DNA of 32,000 bases, taken from positions 30,001 to 62,000 of the forward strand of contig NZ_CP064924.1 of the NCBI RefSeq assembly GCF_018336915.1, in the 5' to 3' direction. Positions 8,485 through 17,587 of the stretch are shown here, piece after piece (the stretch's first letter is position 1; the number at the start of each line of letters is the position of its first letter). Position numbers and translations under genes: made by a program. This stretch comes from Acaryochloris marina S15 (GTDB lineage: Bacteria > Cyanobacteriota > Cyanobacteriia > Thermosynechococcales > Thermosynechococcaceae). The notes below the pieces were generated by a model. It searched no databases. It had not been told where the DNA came from and was given only the letters and a program-made list of their open reading frames with translations.

Positions 8485-9237
8485 TTATAAATTATTTTTA
8501 ATGACAACAAACCACGGAAATTCGGAGTCATCTACTTTACCATTCCCATCAAGATGAATAACTTTTTTGCTCACTGAATTCTTAACGTTCCCACCTATAA
8601 CTTCAACAGCGTCTTGCACATTAGCGACCACTATATCGCAATGGGATGGATATCTATTTGAGGTGGTGTTGTACGAAACCCATGACGCGCGTGAATAACA
8701 GACTAGATCTCCAATCTCTGGTGAATAATCCTGTAATTTATACCCAACAAATGGTGCATTTATATTCCCATTCTTCTTGTTCTGAATAGCGTCAGCTATA
8801 TAAGTTGAGTGGCGTCGTGAATATTGGAAATTATTGCCCGCACCAGCTTCTTTCATTACCCATGATATGAAGGATGCTGACCAAGCTTGATTAGTATCTT
8901 TACCTGTATAGTTCAGACCAATCGATTGCCAGTAATCCCCTACTCGTTGCCAATATTTATCTGCCGTTTCAGTTTCTCCAGCTCTTTTGATGCTACTTCC
9001 CTGAACAACCTGACACCCCCAGAATCCCCACTCATCTTGAGCTTTCCCCAATACTTTCTGAACAAAAGTACTTGCACTCGTGGGAGGCTGAGTATTAATA
9101 CATGGAAGATTCATGTATGCATCTGTATGGCCAGCTCTAGCCAAAGGAGAAACTGACAATACTGACAAAAAAGTAGTGCTTATTCCTAAAAATGCATACC
9201 GCTGAATATCAGATAAGCTTTGCTTCACATACTTCAT
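8485..9237 (-). CDS. Secreted DUF2272-like protein (putative cell-wall hydrolase fold)
   Basis: 250 aa with a signal peptide. Motifs AWSASFISWV, SHCDIVV and VIGGNVKNSV match my recollection of the DUF2272 family. The family assignment is from memory only. Confidence 0.55.
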   Translation of the reverse strand: MKYVKQSLSDIQRYAFLGISTTFLSVLSVSPLARAGHTDAYMNLPCINTQPPTSASTFVQKVLGKAQDEWGFWGCQVVQGSSIKRAGETETADKYWQRVGDYWQSIGLNYTGKDTNQAWSASFISWVMKEAGAGNNFQYSRRHSTYIADAIQNKKNGNINAPFVGYKLQDYSPEIGDLVCYSRASWVSYNTTSNRYPSHCDIVVANVQDAVEVIGGNVKNSVSKKVIHLDGNGKVDDSEFPWFVVIKNNL

Positions 9238-9558
9238 GCTTGATTATCCCTTCCTGAATAATATTCTCGGGTTGTATGAAACTTCTAAAGCTGCAGTACT
9301 AGAAAAACTACTACCTTTACGAGATCTATCTGCTTTTCTGAAGAAAATTACGCAAAAACCTAAGTTGAGATATCCAAATTAAAAACACCCTCCCATAGGA
9401 CATGTTCCGAACTGGTTTAGAATCGAGGCTTGGCCTGAGATGATGCAGAAATGTGCATCCTTGAATCCCCAAGAGCTAGGCACACCCAAAATCTGCAAGA
9501 TTTTCTTCACAAAAACTATGCTTTTCTCCTCTCCCTGCCTTCACATGAAGTCGTTGCA

Positions 9559-10044
9559 CTATTGTGAGGACTCTAACAACTGTTGGGCTAAACTCGCCAA
9601 CAAAGCGGCGTCATTATTGTTCGGATCAATTTCTTTGGCTTTAGTTGCAGAGTTCAAGGCCCCTTGATAATCCTTAAGCAGCATTTGGCTCTTGGCGAGA
9701 TTCATAAAACCCTCGATATTATTTGGATCCAGTCGGGTTACTTTTGTAAAATCATCGATCGCTTCTCGAACGTTCTTTTGGCCCAAATGGAGAACACCTC
9801 GGAGCATGTAAGCATCTACCAAAGAGGGATCAAGTTGGATCGCTTGATTGATCTCGCGCATCGCCCCTGGCAGATCCTCTGCTTCCATCCGAGAAATTGC
9901 ACCAGCATAGTGCGGGTTGTTAAGGGGATTGGGGGCAGCAGTTACTAAGAGCGAAGGATTCGTTATCACTACACCTTGGCTAAGGCTTACGAGGAGGGTT
10001 GAGATCGCAACAGTAAAACAAGCTGGGATTGATTTGCGGCGCAT
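9559..10044 (-). CDS. Secreted TPR-repeat protein
   Basis: The ORF runs to 10176, but the Met at 10044 starts a typical signal peptide (MRRKSIPACFTVAISTLLVSL). TPR-like repeats include AISRMEAEDLPGAMREINQAIQLDP and YMLRGVLHLGQKNVREAIDDFTKVTRLDP. Confidence 0.7.
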   Translation of the reverse strand: MRRKSIPACFTVAISTLLVSLSQGVVITNPSLLVTAAPNPLNNPHYAGAISRMEAEDLPGAMREINQAIQLDPSLVDAYMLRGVLHLGQKNVREAIDDFTKVTRLDPNNIEGFMNLAKSQMLLKDYQGALNSATKAKEIDPNNNDAALLASLAQQLLESSQ

Positions 10045-10474
10045 TCTCTGGTCCCTTCCGATATTTGCGTCATTAATTGTACTCTTGAATTCACCGATGG
10101 CGACGTTATTGGCCATAAACAAACTAAGCTGCGATTTCCCGCCATTTAGTATAAGTGTACTTATTATATCTACCAATTTTGGTCATCACAGCGATCAGAT
10201 GTTGGATCTATTTTTAGTAGAGTCAGATTATTGAAAATTTCTGAAAAGCTATCTATGTATAAGTTACGAGTGTAGTTGGCGTCTTATCACAGCCTTGATC
10301 GTTTACGGCCTTACCGTGTGATCTCAAAATGTTACAGACCAGTAAAATATCCCCCCCACTTGTTGAGTTGGAAACTGTATCCTGATTTGAGCCTACTACT
10401 GCCGGGGCAGACTAGTAAGATACCCACTCGATTATTTGAACAAATAGCTTTTTTGACACAATAGGTATCTATCA

Positions 10475-10936
10475 GTGAGATATGTCATAACCCCAAGAAT
10501 CAATAATCTGCGAAGTAAAGCTGAAGTATTAATATCAGTACTTGAACGAGCACAAGCAACAGAGTTGCTACAAGCACAGGAACTATTAAAGCTGTTTTGT
10601 AAGGTATTGGATCTTGAGCAGGCTTGTATCATGTTGAAGGCTAAGGAGCTGTCAAGAGAATTGATATTGGTCCTTGAGCAAGCGAAGATACATGCGAAGA
10701 CTCTAGTCCAGAATCTTACACAGGCCAAAGATCAAATGCAGGCTACAGAGCCAGAACTGGATCATGAACTGACAAAAACTGAAGATAAGGAATATGCAGC
10801 AGTGCTGTCGAAGAGTCTAAAGCAGGCTAACGAGCTGGTGAAGGCAAAAAGGCTGGCTGAAGAGTTGGTAGAGCATTTGGAAGACGTGAGGTGGTCGGAG
10901 TGGGTACATGAGGCAGCAAAACAGCGTAGATCCTAA
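10475..10936 (+). CDS. Coiled-coil hypothetical protein (GTG start in ORF track, start uncertain)
   Basis: 153 aa, rich in E/L/K/Q/A with reiterated VLE(R/Q)AQ-type segments. The antisense ORF 10432..10728 is Cys/Ser-rich junk. Confidence 0.45.
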   Translation: MRYVITPRINNLRSKAEVLISVLERAQATELLQAQELLKLFCKVLDLEQACIMLKAKELSRELILVLEQAKIHAKTLVQNLTQAKDQMQATEPELDHELTKTEDKEYAAVLSKSLKQANELVKAKRLAEELVEHLEDVRWSEWVHEAAKQRRS

Positions 10937-11084
10937 ATATGAAAAGTCATTTTATGCTAAAAAAATGAGCGGTTGTGAAAATCGAAAGGGATAAATTTTC
11001 TAATTTACTAAAGCTATGAAAAACGTACTATGAGGGTTTGAAGCTGGGTATCTTAAGTAAAGAACTACTTTCTCATGCCTGAAT

Positions 11085-11654
11085 TTGGAGTGCTTACCGT
11101 TGGCCGATATTAGCAAAAAAGAGCGAGATAAACTAATTAAAAAGCTTAGGCAATCTTCTGGTATCGCTCAATATGCCCTCGATGCGAAAATGTCTGATGA
11201 TCAAGTTGTTGCTGCTTCAAAACACTTAGAAGTATTTAAATTGCTCAAATCTGCAAACGACTATAATCGACATTGCCAAGCCCAAAAGACAAAAACAGCT
11301 AATGACAAATTAAAAGAGTTTATTAATCCAAGTAAATCTGAGATTTTTCAAGCAGGTAAATGGCTCTTTAACGCTCTTTCTAAAAATGGAAATGAACGTA
11401 AGCAAACTCTATTAGAGAAGGAGATAGTCCATAAGACAGACTATAACGATACTGTCACGGGCATGAACGACACGATATCAACCATGATAGAGGTGGGTGA
11501 CGAAGCCAGAGATGAAGCCAAGATAACAATTCAAATATTAGAAAAAAGAATTGATACCTTAAAGTATCAACTCTCTCAGATACAAGAATATATCATCAAT
11601 AACTACGGGGCTTCGACCTGGAAAATTATCAAAGATACATTCCATATTAGCTAG
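11085..11654 (+). CDS. Hypothetical helical protein, first gene of AT-rich four-gene operon (TTG start; alternative ATG at 11187)
   Basis: 189-aa ORF. It sits 7 nt from the next gene. No recognisable motifs. Confidence 0.5.
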   Translation: MECLPLADISKKERDKLIKKLRQSSGIAQYALDAKMSDDQVVAASKHLEVFKLLKSANDYNRHCQAQKTKTANDKLKEFINPSKSEIFQAGKWLFNALSKNGNERKQTLLEKEIVHKTDYNDTVTGMNDTISTMIEVGDEARDEAKITIQILEKRIDTLKYQLSQIQEYIINNYGASTWKIIKDTFHIS

Positions 11655-11661
11655 GTTAACC

Positions 11662-12012
11662 ATGAATATTGTTGATGGTTTAAGTTATCGTGAATGGCAA
11701 AAACGTAATTCTATAAACTTTAAAAAATTAACTAAATTACAACAAAAGAAAGCCCGAAAAAAAGGATATTACAATATTGGCTGGAAGAATGTTAGAGAGT
11801 CTTGGCAGGTGCTTTCGCAAATATTAGATCCGATCAATCTTTTTAATGTCCGCCTGAATAAAGGGGATCTTGTTGGTGCTATTGATCATTCTATTTTGGA
11901 AGCAGAACAAAGTCAGATTATAGCAAGACAAGCTATTAATGATATCGAAAGAAAGCAATCTAAGATTCATGCTCTTGCAAAAGAGTCTCAAGATAAATAT
12001 CAGTTGCTCTAG
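11662..12012 (+). CDS. Hypothetical basic protein, operon gene 2
   Basis: 116-aa ORF with an ATG start. Gaps to its neighbours are 7 nt and 9 nt. Confidence 0.55.
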   Translation: MNIVDGLSYREWQKRNSINFKKLTKLQQKKARKKGYYNIGWKNVRESWQVLSQILDPINLFNVRLNKGDLVGAIDHSILEAEQSQIIARQAINDIERKQSKIHALAKESQDKYQLL

Positions 12013-12021
12013 TTTATTTCT

Positions 12022-12519
12022 ATGCCTAAGTTGAATCCATCTGAGCTATCTGCTTTATATAAGAGCTGTGATATCAGTGAAACTTGGTCTGCAGGCCAAA
12101 GCTCTAAACTTATCAACCACCCTCATTATGGTTATATTTCACCTAATAAGTTTAGAAGCATGCATCATGGCAAGCCTTGTCCTTTTTGCGGCCAACATAT
12201 GGTTCATGGTCAACATACTTATAGTGCTTCGACTAAGAAAGAAGCAATCAACAAAGGTTATGAATACACTAACCAAGATGGTGATGTTGTTATTGCTCAG
12301 GCAGGGAAACGATATTTTCATCCTCACTATGTCACGTTAGATCATCGAGTAAATAAGGCTCGCTGTCCTGAACAGATGTTTGAATATGAAAACTTACAAA
12401 TAATGTGTTGGAAATGCAACAACAATAAGGGTGATAACAATGCCTATGAGCTGGAACAAAGTTTTGATTTTGTGAAAGAAATTGGTAAAGACACAATCAA
12501 CAAATACCCACTGTTGTAA
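12022..12519 (+). CDS. HNH endonuclease
   Basis: Zinc-ribbon pairs CPFC and CWKC flank LDHRVNKARCP...NLQIMCWKCNNNKG, which matches the HNH His-Asn-Asn/His arrangement. Confidence 0.8.
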   Translation: MPKLNPSELSALYKSCDISETWSAGQSSKLINHPHYGYISPNKFRSMHHGKPCPFCGQHMVHGQHTYSASTKKEAINKGYEYTNQDGDVVIAQAGKRYFHPHYVTLDHRVNKARCPEQMFEYENLQIMCWKCNNNKGDNNAYELEQSFDFVKEIGKDTINKYPLL

Positions 12520-12560
12520 ATATTTGAATTGAAATCTGAGCAAATGGAATTTAGATAAAG

Positions 12561-13682
12561 ATGTCATCTATCACTGCAACCTTCATACTTCCTGAATCAA
12601 TCAAGGCAGGACTCGCAAGTGGAATTTATGAACGAGTAGGAGGAGTAATTCGAGAATCCGGGACAAAGCGAATTGTAACCTGGTTACGGGAAGGTGGCAT
12701 ACCTCATCCGCCGATTCCACCAATACGCAGTCTACTAAATTTTGCAGCAAGTACCAGTATCTTAAATCTAGGCCTTTCAACAATGGGGTTTGGATTAGTT
12801 ATGAAGCGGTTGCACAAATTGGAAATGCGATTGGAAGACACTCAAAAACTTCTCAGTAAGTTAGATCGGAAAGCAGATCTAACTTTCTATGCGAATTTTC
12901 GGGCGGCTCTTGACTTAGCGCTTAATGCTTTCACCATGTCTAACAGTGATAATCGAAGAGACATGGCAATTCAATCAATTAATCGTTTTATGGAGGCCCA
13001 GCATATATACACTGGGTTACTGAATAGCGAGATTGATCAGGGAAGCCAAATTGCAGACGAGTATTTGCTAACACTGGGATTAGCTTATGTCGCTGAAGCT
13101 CGTTGTTACCTTGAACTTGAAGAATTTGATAGTGCAACTCGCCGTTTTAATGAAGGACAAGCAATCTTACAAAATCGTTCTCAGAAATATGTAGAGCTAC
13201 TTCTGACATCAAAGCCATCTGTTTACCTGCACCCTAAATTTCAAGACCAAATTGATTTGACTCGACTGACCCAAGTGTATCAGTGGATGGATCCGAACTT
13301 TGATGAGAATGTAGTGTTTAACTTACTGCGTCAAGATATTTTTCAATGGCGTAGTAATCAGGATAAATGGATTGAGTCTCTTGCCCCTGCCATTTTAATT
13401 AAGGAAGAAGTTAAAGGCGGCTTATTTGGTCCTAATAATGCTGATCTTGGGAATGAAGTGTTTAAAAGACTGCCCGGTATCTTTGAGGTGATTGAATCTA
13501 CCATTGAGACTTGTCAAAGGTTTGCAACTTATCAGACTGAAATCAATGCGATCACACAACTTGGAATGTCTTTTGGAGAATGGGAGAGACTAGAGCCTAG
13601 TGAATCCAGGTCTGTTAACTCCGCTGAAAATTTGATGTTCATACTTCCAGATGACTCTGTTGATGTAACTTTAAAGGCCTGA
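12561..13682 (+). CDS. Hypothetical protein with one central hydrophobic segment and a TPR-like helical region, operon gene 4
   Basis: 373-aa ORF. Hydrophobic stretch LLNFAASTSILNLGLSTMGFGLVM, then helical repeats (LGLAYVAEARCYLELEEFDSATRRFNEGQAIL). No catalytic motif recognised. Confidence 0.6.
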   Translation: MSSITATFILPESIKAGLASGIYERVGGVIRESGTKRIVTWLREGGIPHPPIPPIRSLLNFAASTSILNLGLSTMGFGLVMKRLHKLEMRLEDTQKLLSKLDRKADLTFYANFRAALDLALNAFTMSNSDNRRDMAIQSINRFMEAQHIYTGLLNSEIDQGSQIADEYLLTLGLAYVAEARCYLELEEFDSATRRFNEGQAILQNRSQKYVELLLTSKPSVYLHPKFQDQIDLTRLTQVYQWMDPNFDENVVFNLLRQDIFQWRSNQDKWIESLAPAILIKEEVKGGLFGPNNADLGNEVFKRLPGIFEVIESTIETCQRFATYQTEINAITQLGMSFGEWERLEPSESRSVNSAENLMFILPDDSVDVTLKA

Positions 13683-13803
13683 TTTTGTTGAATAGACCTC
13701 TTGCAATATTCATTTCATGATGTGTTACTTACTCAATTCATGCCGCAATCTGACATGATTTTTTAGTCCTCTACTATATTGGTAGCTGAATTATGCAAGA
13801 GGT

Positions 13804-14847
13804 CTAATCTTTTTGAGACAACTTGGGAAACCCATCTACAAACTGGACTTGCGCTAAAAAAGGCTCTACATCATCCTTAAGAAGTCGTCCTTTAGCTTGC
13901 AATTCTTTCGCTAAATCTTCAAGAACTTGCTGATTCAACTTGAAGAATTTTAACAGCAAATCACTCTGCTCCTCTCTGAGCTTTTCTAAAGTCAGTCTAT
14001 TTTGTTCAGCCTCATAGTCATCTTCAATGGGCGAAAAATAAATTCCTCCAAAGCCCAGCATTAGATAATTTTTTGCTTCTTGCTGCCAATGTCGAAGATC
14101 ACTATGAGCACCATCAAAGATTTCATTAAAGATGCATTTTTCGGCTTGCTGACCCGCCAATAACATCAGTAGTTGGATGAGTATAAAATCTTTTGGCCGT
14201 AAAATTCCATTCCATTCAACGGATGTAATGGAGCCAAGCCTACCCCTACCATCACTTTGAGGAAGGGCTTTCATCCGAAACTGCTCAGGAATATTTGGCA
14301 AGGCTGCATAAACTAAAGCATGGCCTGCCTCATGGATGCAAGTAACAGAAATATCCTTAGAGGTACATAACCTTGGTTCCCATTTCTTCTCAGCGGTTTT
14401 TAGATCTTTAATTGATGGCTTCTGATTCTTCCAGCTCAAATCCTGAAACGAAAATAGGATTCGATCTATTAAATCCGATATCCAATTTAAAGCTAATACA
14501 CCCAAAACTGATAATCCAAAAGCTATGGAGATTTCTGGATTAGCCTTAATTTGTAAATACAGTTCATGGAGCATTGATGGTCCGAACTTAATTACAAAAA
14601 TATAAAGAACGGTTTTTAGAAAGAACCTACCAATGCTCTGGCCACCTACAATCAAATGCGTTAAGCCATCCCTGATCAATAAAAGAATGCAAAACAGAAG
14701 GGTTACAGCCCGGATTTGAACCATTAAAGGGGTTGGTCTAACGGCAGGGGCCGCTAGGATCGGAATCACGAGAGAGATCGCAAATACCGAAACCCAAACT
14801 GACGGTTTCTTGAAAGACTTCCAAGAAATTGATTTAAGTTCCATCAC
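13804..14847 (-). CDS. Membrane-anchored FtsH-type (M41-like) zinc metalloprotease domain without AAA+ ATPase
   Basis: About four hydrophobic segments lie in the first ~130 aa. HEAGH is at 14320-14334. Downstream LLAGQQAEKCIF...GAHSDL resembles the FtsH LGGRAAEE...G(A/S)xNDL block. There is no Walker A or B. Confidence 0.7.
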   Translation of the reverse strand: MMELKSISWKSFKKPSVWVSVFAISLVIPILAAPAVRPTPLMVQIRAVTLLFCILLLIRDGLTHLIVGGQSIGRFFLKTVLYIFVIKFGPSMLHELYLQIKANPEISIAFGLSVLGVLALNWISDLIDRILFSFQDLSWKNQKPSIKDLKTAEKKWEPRLCTSKDISVTCIHEAGHALVYAALPNIPEQFRMKALPQSDGRGRLGSITSVEWNGILRPKDFILIQLLMLLAGQQAEKCIFNEIFDGAHSDLRHWQQEAKNYLMLGFGGIYFSPIEDDYEAEQNRLTLEKLREEQSDLLLKFFKLNQQVLEDLAKELQAKGRLLKDDVEPFLAQVQFVDGFPKLSQKD

Positions 14848-14933
14848 TATTTTTCATGACAGTTCCATTTACAGTACATTGTGGACCACCCAGCCCCCAG
14901 GCAAGCCCAGAGGCAAGGTGCGCCAGTGCTTGA

Positions 14934-15584
14934 CTAAGACTTTGCAGCCTCCCTTCTCATCATGCTAGAGAGCGACGACTCAACTTTTTTCTTAGCAGTC
15001 CGACTCTTGCCCCCACCACTAGTGACAACAGGAGTCGGGTCTTGAGGAACGGCTAGCTCATCATCGAGCGGGTCAGGGTCGAAGACCATAACAGGGGATT
15101 CCTCTACTTCGCTGATAGGCTCCTCCACCTCAGCCACAGCCTCCTCCAGGTCTTCCGAACTGTCAGGAGCCAGATCCTCAGCCACGACTTCAGAAGTATC
15201 CTCAACCGGACTGTCGGCCAGGAATGCCTGGGTCTGGACCTTGAACCAGGCAATAGCCTTATCGTGCAGTTCCCAATGGGCATCAATCCGGTCGGTGAGC
15301 TGGATCTTGATAAGCGCCTGGACGAAAACCGTCTCTTGCTGACAGCCTTTGCGGAAGACAGCCACAGCATTTCCTTTGACCTCCTCAAAGATGGGACCGT
15401 GCTTCTGGCTCACTTTTGACAGGCCCCAGGAGCAAAGTGCAGTGAAGTTTTTCCAGCCCTGGATCTCCTTGCGGATGACGAACAGGAAGGCTTTGTTTGC
15501 AGCTTGGCCCACTTGGGTAGCGGCGGTGTCGATGACCTCGGTGTGGTCGGCTTGCTGGATTTTGACAGAAGTAATCAGTTTCAT
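14934..15584 (-). CDS. Hypothetical protein with a folded N-terminal domain, an acidic low-complexity linker and a basic tail
   Basis: 216-aa ORF, GC-rich relative to its neighbours. Contains EDLAPDSSEDLEEAVAEVEEPISEVEE followed by GGGKSRTAKKK. Confidence 0.6.
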   Translation of the reverse strand: MKLITSVKIQQADHTEVIDTAATQVGQAANKAFLFVIRKEIQGWKNFTALCSWGLSKVSQKHGPIFEEVKGNAVAVFRKGCQQETVFVQALIKIQLTDRIDAHWELHDKAIAWFKVQTQAFLADSPVEDTSEVVAEDLAPDSSEDLEEAVAEVEEPISEVEESPVMVFDPDPLDDELAVPQDPTPVVTSGGGKSRTAKKKVESSLSSMMRREAAKS

Positions 15585-15984
15585 GATTTAGTCCTTTGAA
15601 GAATGAATTCTGGATAGGGCACGACTGGCATGTGCAACCAAGTCGGCCCTTTTGATATTGGAAAAATGGAAAGAGCGGTCTTGGCCTCTTGGGGAATATA
15701 CCGCTTGCAAAAATTAGGCTCGATTTGGAGCCGTGGTGAGGTGGATTTGGAGAAAAACTTTGAGTGGGGGGAGTCCCCTTTCCGGCCCGATCTAACGCTC
15801 AAGGGAGCGGGCGTTTAACGAGGAGCCTTCTCACCAATTTCGGGTAATTGGGAACCTTTATCTGAATTCATCCTAATCGAATCAATATTTTGAATCAAGG
15901 GATGCACACTAGGGATTTCTTATCTATTCTCGGGTATGCATAAAGAAATGCTAGTGTGCTTGGATAGCGATCTCCATCCTGTTT

Positions 15985-17475
15985 TCAATTTCGTTCAGCA
16001 TAAACCATATACTTTATTGCTATCCATATCCCCGGCAGAATGGCTCCTATGGAAAACAATATCAGCATGATTTTCATGACGAAAAACATATGATTGAAGC
16101 CTTGAGCCAGTTCTTTTGAGTGTCCCATATCAGCCACCAGATCATCTTTCAGATCATCAAGGATGGGAAATCTTGGCAATATCCCATCGTCACGTTCAGG
16201 CTCCTGGACAGGTTGTTCGATTACTGATGGCTCTTGGATGAATACGGAAGAATCAGGAGAGATGAGGGTGACAGCCACCCCTAAAACAGTCACTGTTGCA
16301 ACAAAGGCTGCAAGAGGTCTAATGAATATGGCTAATGGCCCAGATTTATCCCCTGCTTGAACGTGCTTTAAAAAACCACCAATAGCCGATTCATCATAAG
16401 CGTTTGCTCTGGTCTCCCAATTGAAGCGATTGAAAAAGGTTACCCACTCTTCTAAGCTGCTATCGCGATCTCCCTTGTTTGCCAGAAAATATGCCTTACA
16501 TGCCTTATGAACATCTCTTTCATCAGATGTCATATGCAAGAAAATTTCAAAGCGCTCAAACCAAGCATCAGGTTCGTTCTCTTGCTGCTCCCACGGGAAA
16601 GTCGATTCAGGGTCTAGTGAATCTTTGCCGCCCATCTCTGTAAAGGCTTTGGCAATCCAATGTTCTTCTTGGTCAGGCTGGTCTATTGCAGCTATCGCAT
16701 CAAGCACTTCAGAGGCCGACTTATACCGATCCTTCAATCCTCGATTGAGCATCGTATTGATGACAAGTGCAACATCATCAGAGATAACCTGCGTGCAATA
16801 GTCCTGCCAGATCCAGCGACCATCATCCTCGTTCACTAAATCAAAGGGGGAAACATTGGTAAGCAAATGGGCGCAGGTCAAGCCCAAGCTATAAATATCG
16901 CTGGCATATCTGGCCTTACCACGGGATTGTTCTGGTGCTACGAATAGTGGTGATCCGATCATCGTTCCAGTCTTTGCTAGTACTGTATCCGTAATCGGCT
17001 TAGATGCTCCGAAATCCACTAAGACCAGCTTGTTATCAGAAAAACGTCGAATGATGTTGTCTGGCTTTATGTCACGGTGGATTACTTGGTTGTTGTGGAT
17101 AAATTGGATGACAGGAAGAATATCGTCGAGCAAGGCAATGATTTGCTCCTCAGAAAAAGCACCCGATTCTTCAAGCTCACTTTTTAGTGTCTGTCCATCA
17201 ATAAATTCTTGGGCAATATACCTGTTTTCACCTTCTTCAAAATATTCAATGAACCCCGGTATTTGATCGTGGTGACCCAACTCTTTTTGCCGATCACATT
17301 CCTTATGAAAAAGCTGTAGTGCTTCAGACCCAGCATTGTACTGCTGAGGGTTTTCCTGCTTAAGAACAACCCGCTTCCCTTCCAAGTCTTCAGCCAAGAG
17401 GGTTCGGCCAAAACCACCTTGGGCAATTTCTCGAATAATGGAATATTTACCAGCTTTATCTGTGGTAGTTGTCAT
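15985..17475 (-). CDS. Hanks-type Ser/Thr protein kinase with a C-terminal extension and two predicted TM helices
   Basis: Motifs are GGFGRT...VLKQ (ATP site), HRDIKPDNI (catalytic loop), DFG and APE. C-terminal hydrophobic segments are LAIFIRPLAAFVATVTVLGVAVTLI and IMLILFSIGAILPGIWIAI. Confidence 0.9.
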   Translation of the reverse strand: MTTTTDKAGKYSIIREIAQGGFGRTLLAEDLEGKRVVLKQENPQQYNAGSEALQLFHKECDRQKELGHHDQIPGFIEYFEEGENRYIAQEFIDGQTLKSELEESGAFSEEQIIALLDDILPVIQFIHNNQVIHRDIKPDNIIRRFSDNKLVLVDFGASKPITDTVLAKTGTMIGSPLFVAPEQSRGKARYASDIYSLGLTCAHLLTNVSPFDLVNEDDGRWIWQDYCTQVISDDVALVINTMLNRGLKDRYKSASEVLDAIAAIDQPDQEEHWIAKAFTEMGGKDSLDPESTFPWEQQENEPDAWFERFEIFLHMTSDERDVHKACKAYFLANKGDRDSSLEEWVTFFNRFNWETRANAYDESAIGGFLKHVQAGDKSGPLAIFIRPLAAFVATVTVLGVAVTLISPDSSVFIQEPSVIEQPVQEPERDDGILPRFPILDDLKDDLVADMGHSKELAQGFNHMFFVMKIMLILFSIGAILPGIWIAIKYMVYAERN

Positions 17476-17587
17476 AGCTTTCTCCCTTGTTTGGCATATT
17501 ACCGGAAAATTTGTATTGGGACCGTGCTTTTAGGATTTTTGTCAAAACTCTTGATCTACAGTGGGAATATACCCCCAGCAAAAATCG

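Noticed and set aside
9440-9667. 75-aa plus-strand ORF in the spacer downstream of the TPR gene.
   Set aside because: It overlaps the 3' end of the TPR gene on the opposite strand, is Cys-rich with odd composition, and has no start context.
10536-10725. Roughly 60-bp periodic similarity (tattggatcttgagcaggc at 10605 versus tattggtccttgagcaagc at 10665), checked as possible iterons or a CRISPR-like array.
   Set aside because: Only two or three degenerate units are present. They sit in frame within a coiled-coil ORF and correspond to repeated VLEQA-type peptide segments. There are no unique spacers.
12068-12340. Off-frame and antisense ORFs inside the HNH gene (12068..12340 plus, 12139..12327 minus).
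   Set aside because: AT-rich DNA here yields hydrophobic junk translations. The HNH frame carries clear motifs.
14711-14725. ggatttgaacc, the reverse complement of a tRNA T-loop-like GGTTCAAATCC.
   Set aside because: The flanking bases cannot form a T-stem (aatgg versus ccggg) or an acceptor stem. The motif also lies inside the protease coding frame.
15581-15818. Small ORFs in the 400-bp spacer (15581..15802 minus, 15630..15818 plus) and a 9-bp direct repeat gatttggag (15722-15730 and 15744-15752).
   Set aside because: The ORF products have implausible composition and the two ORFs overlap each other. Two copies of a 9-mer are too few to call iterons. This is left as an unexplained promoter region.
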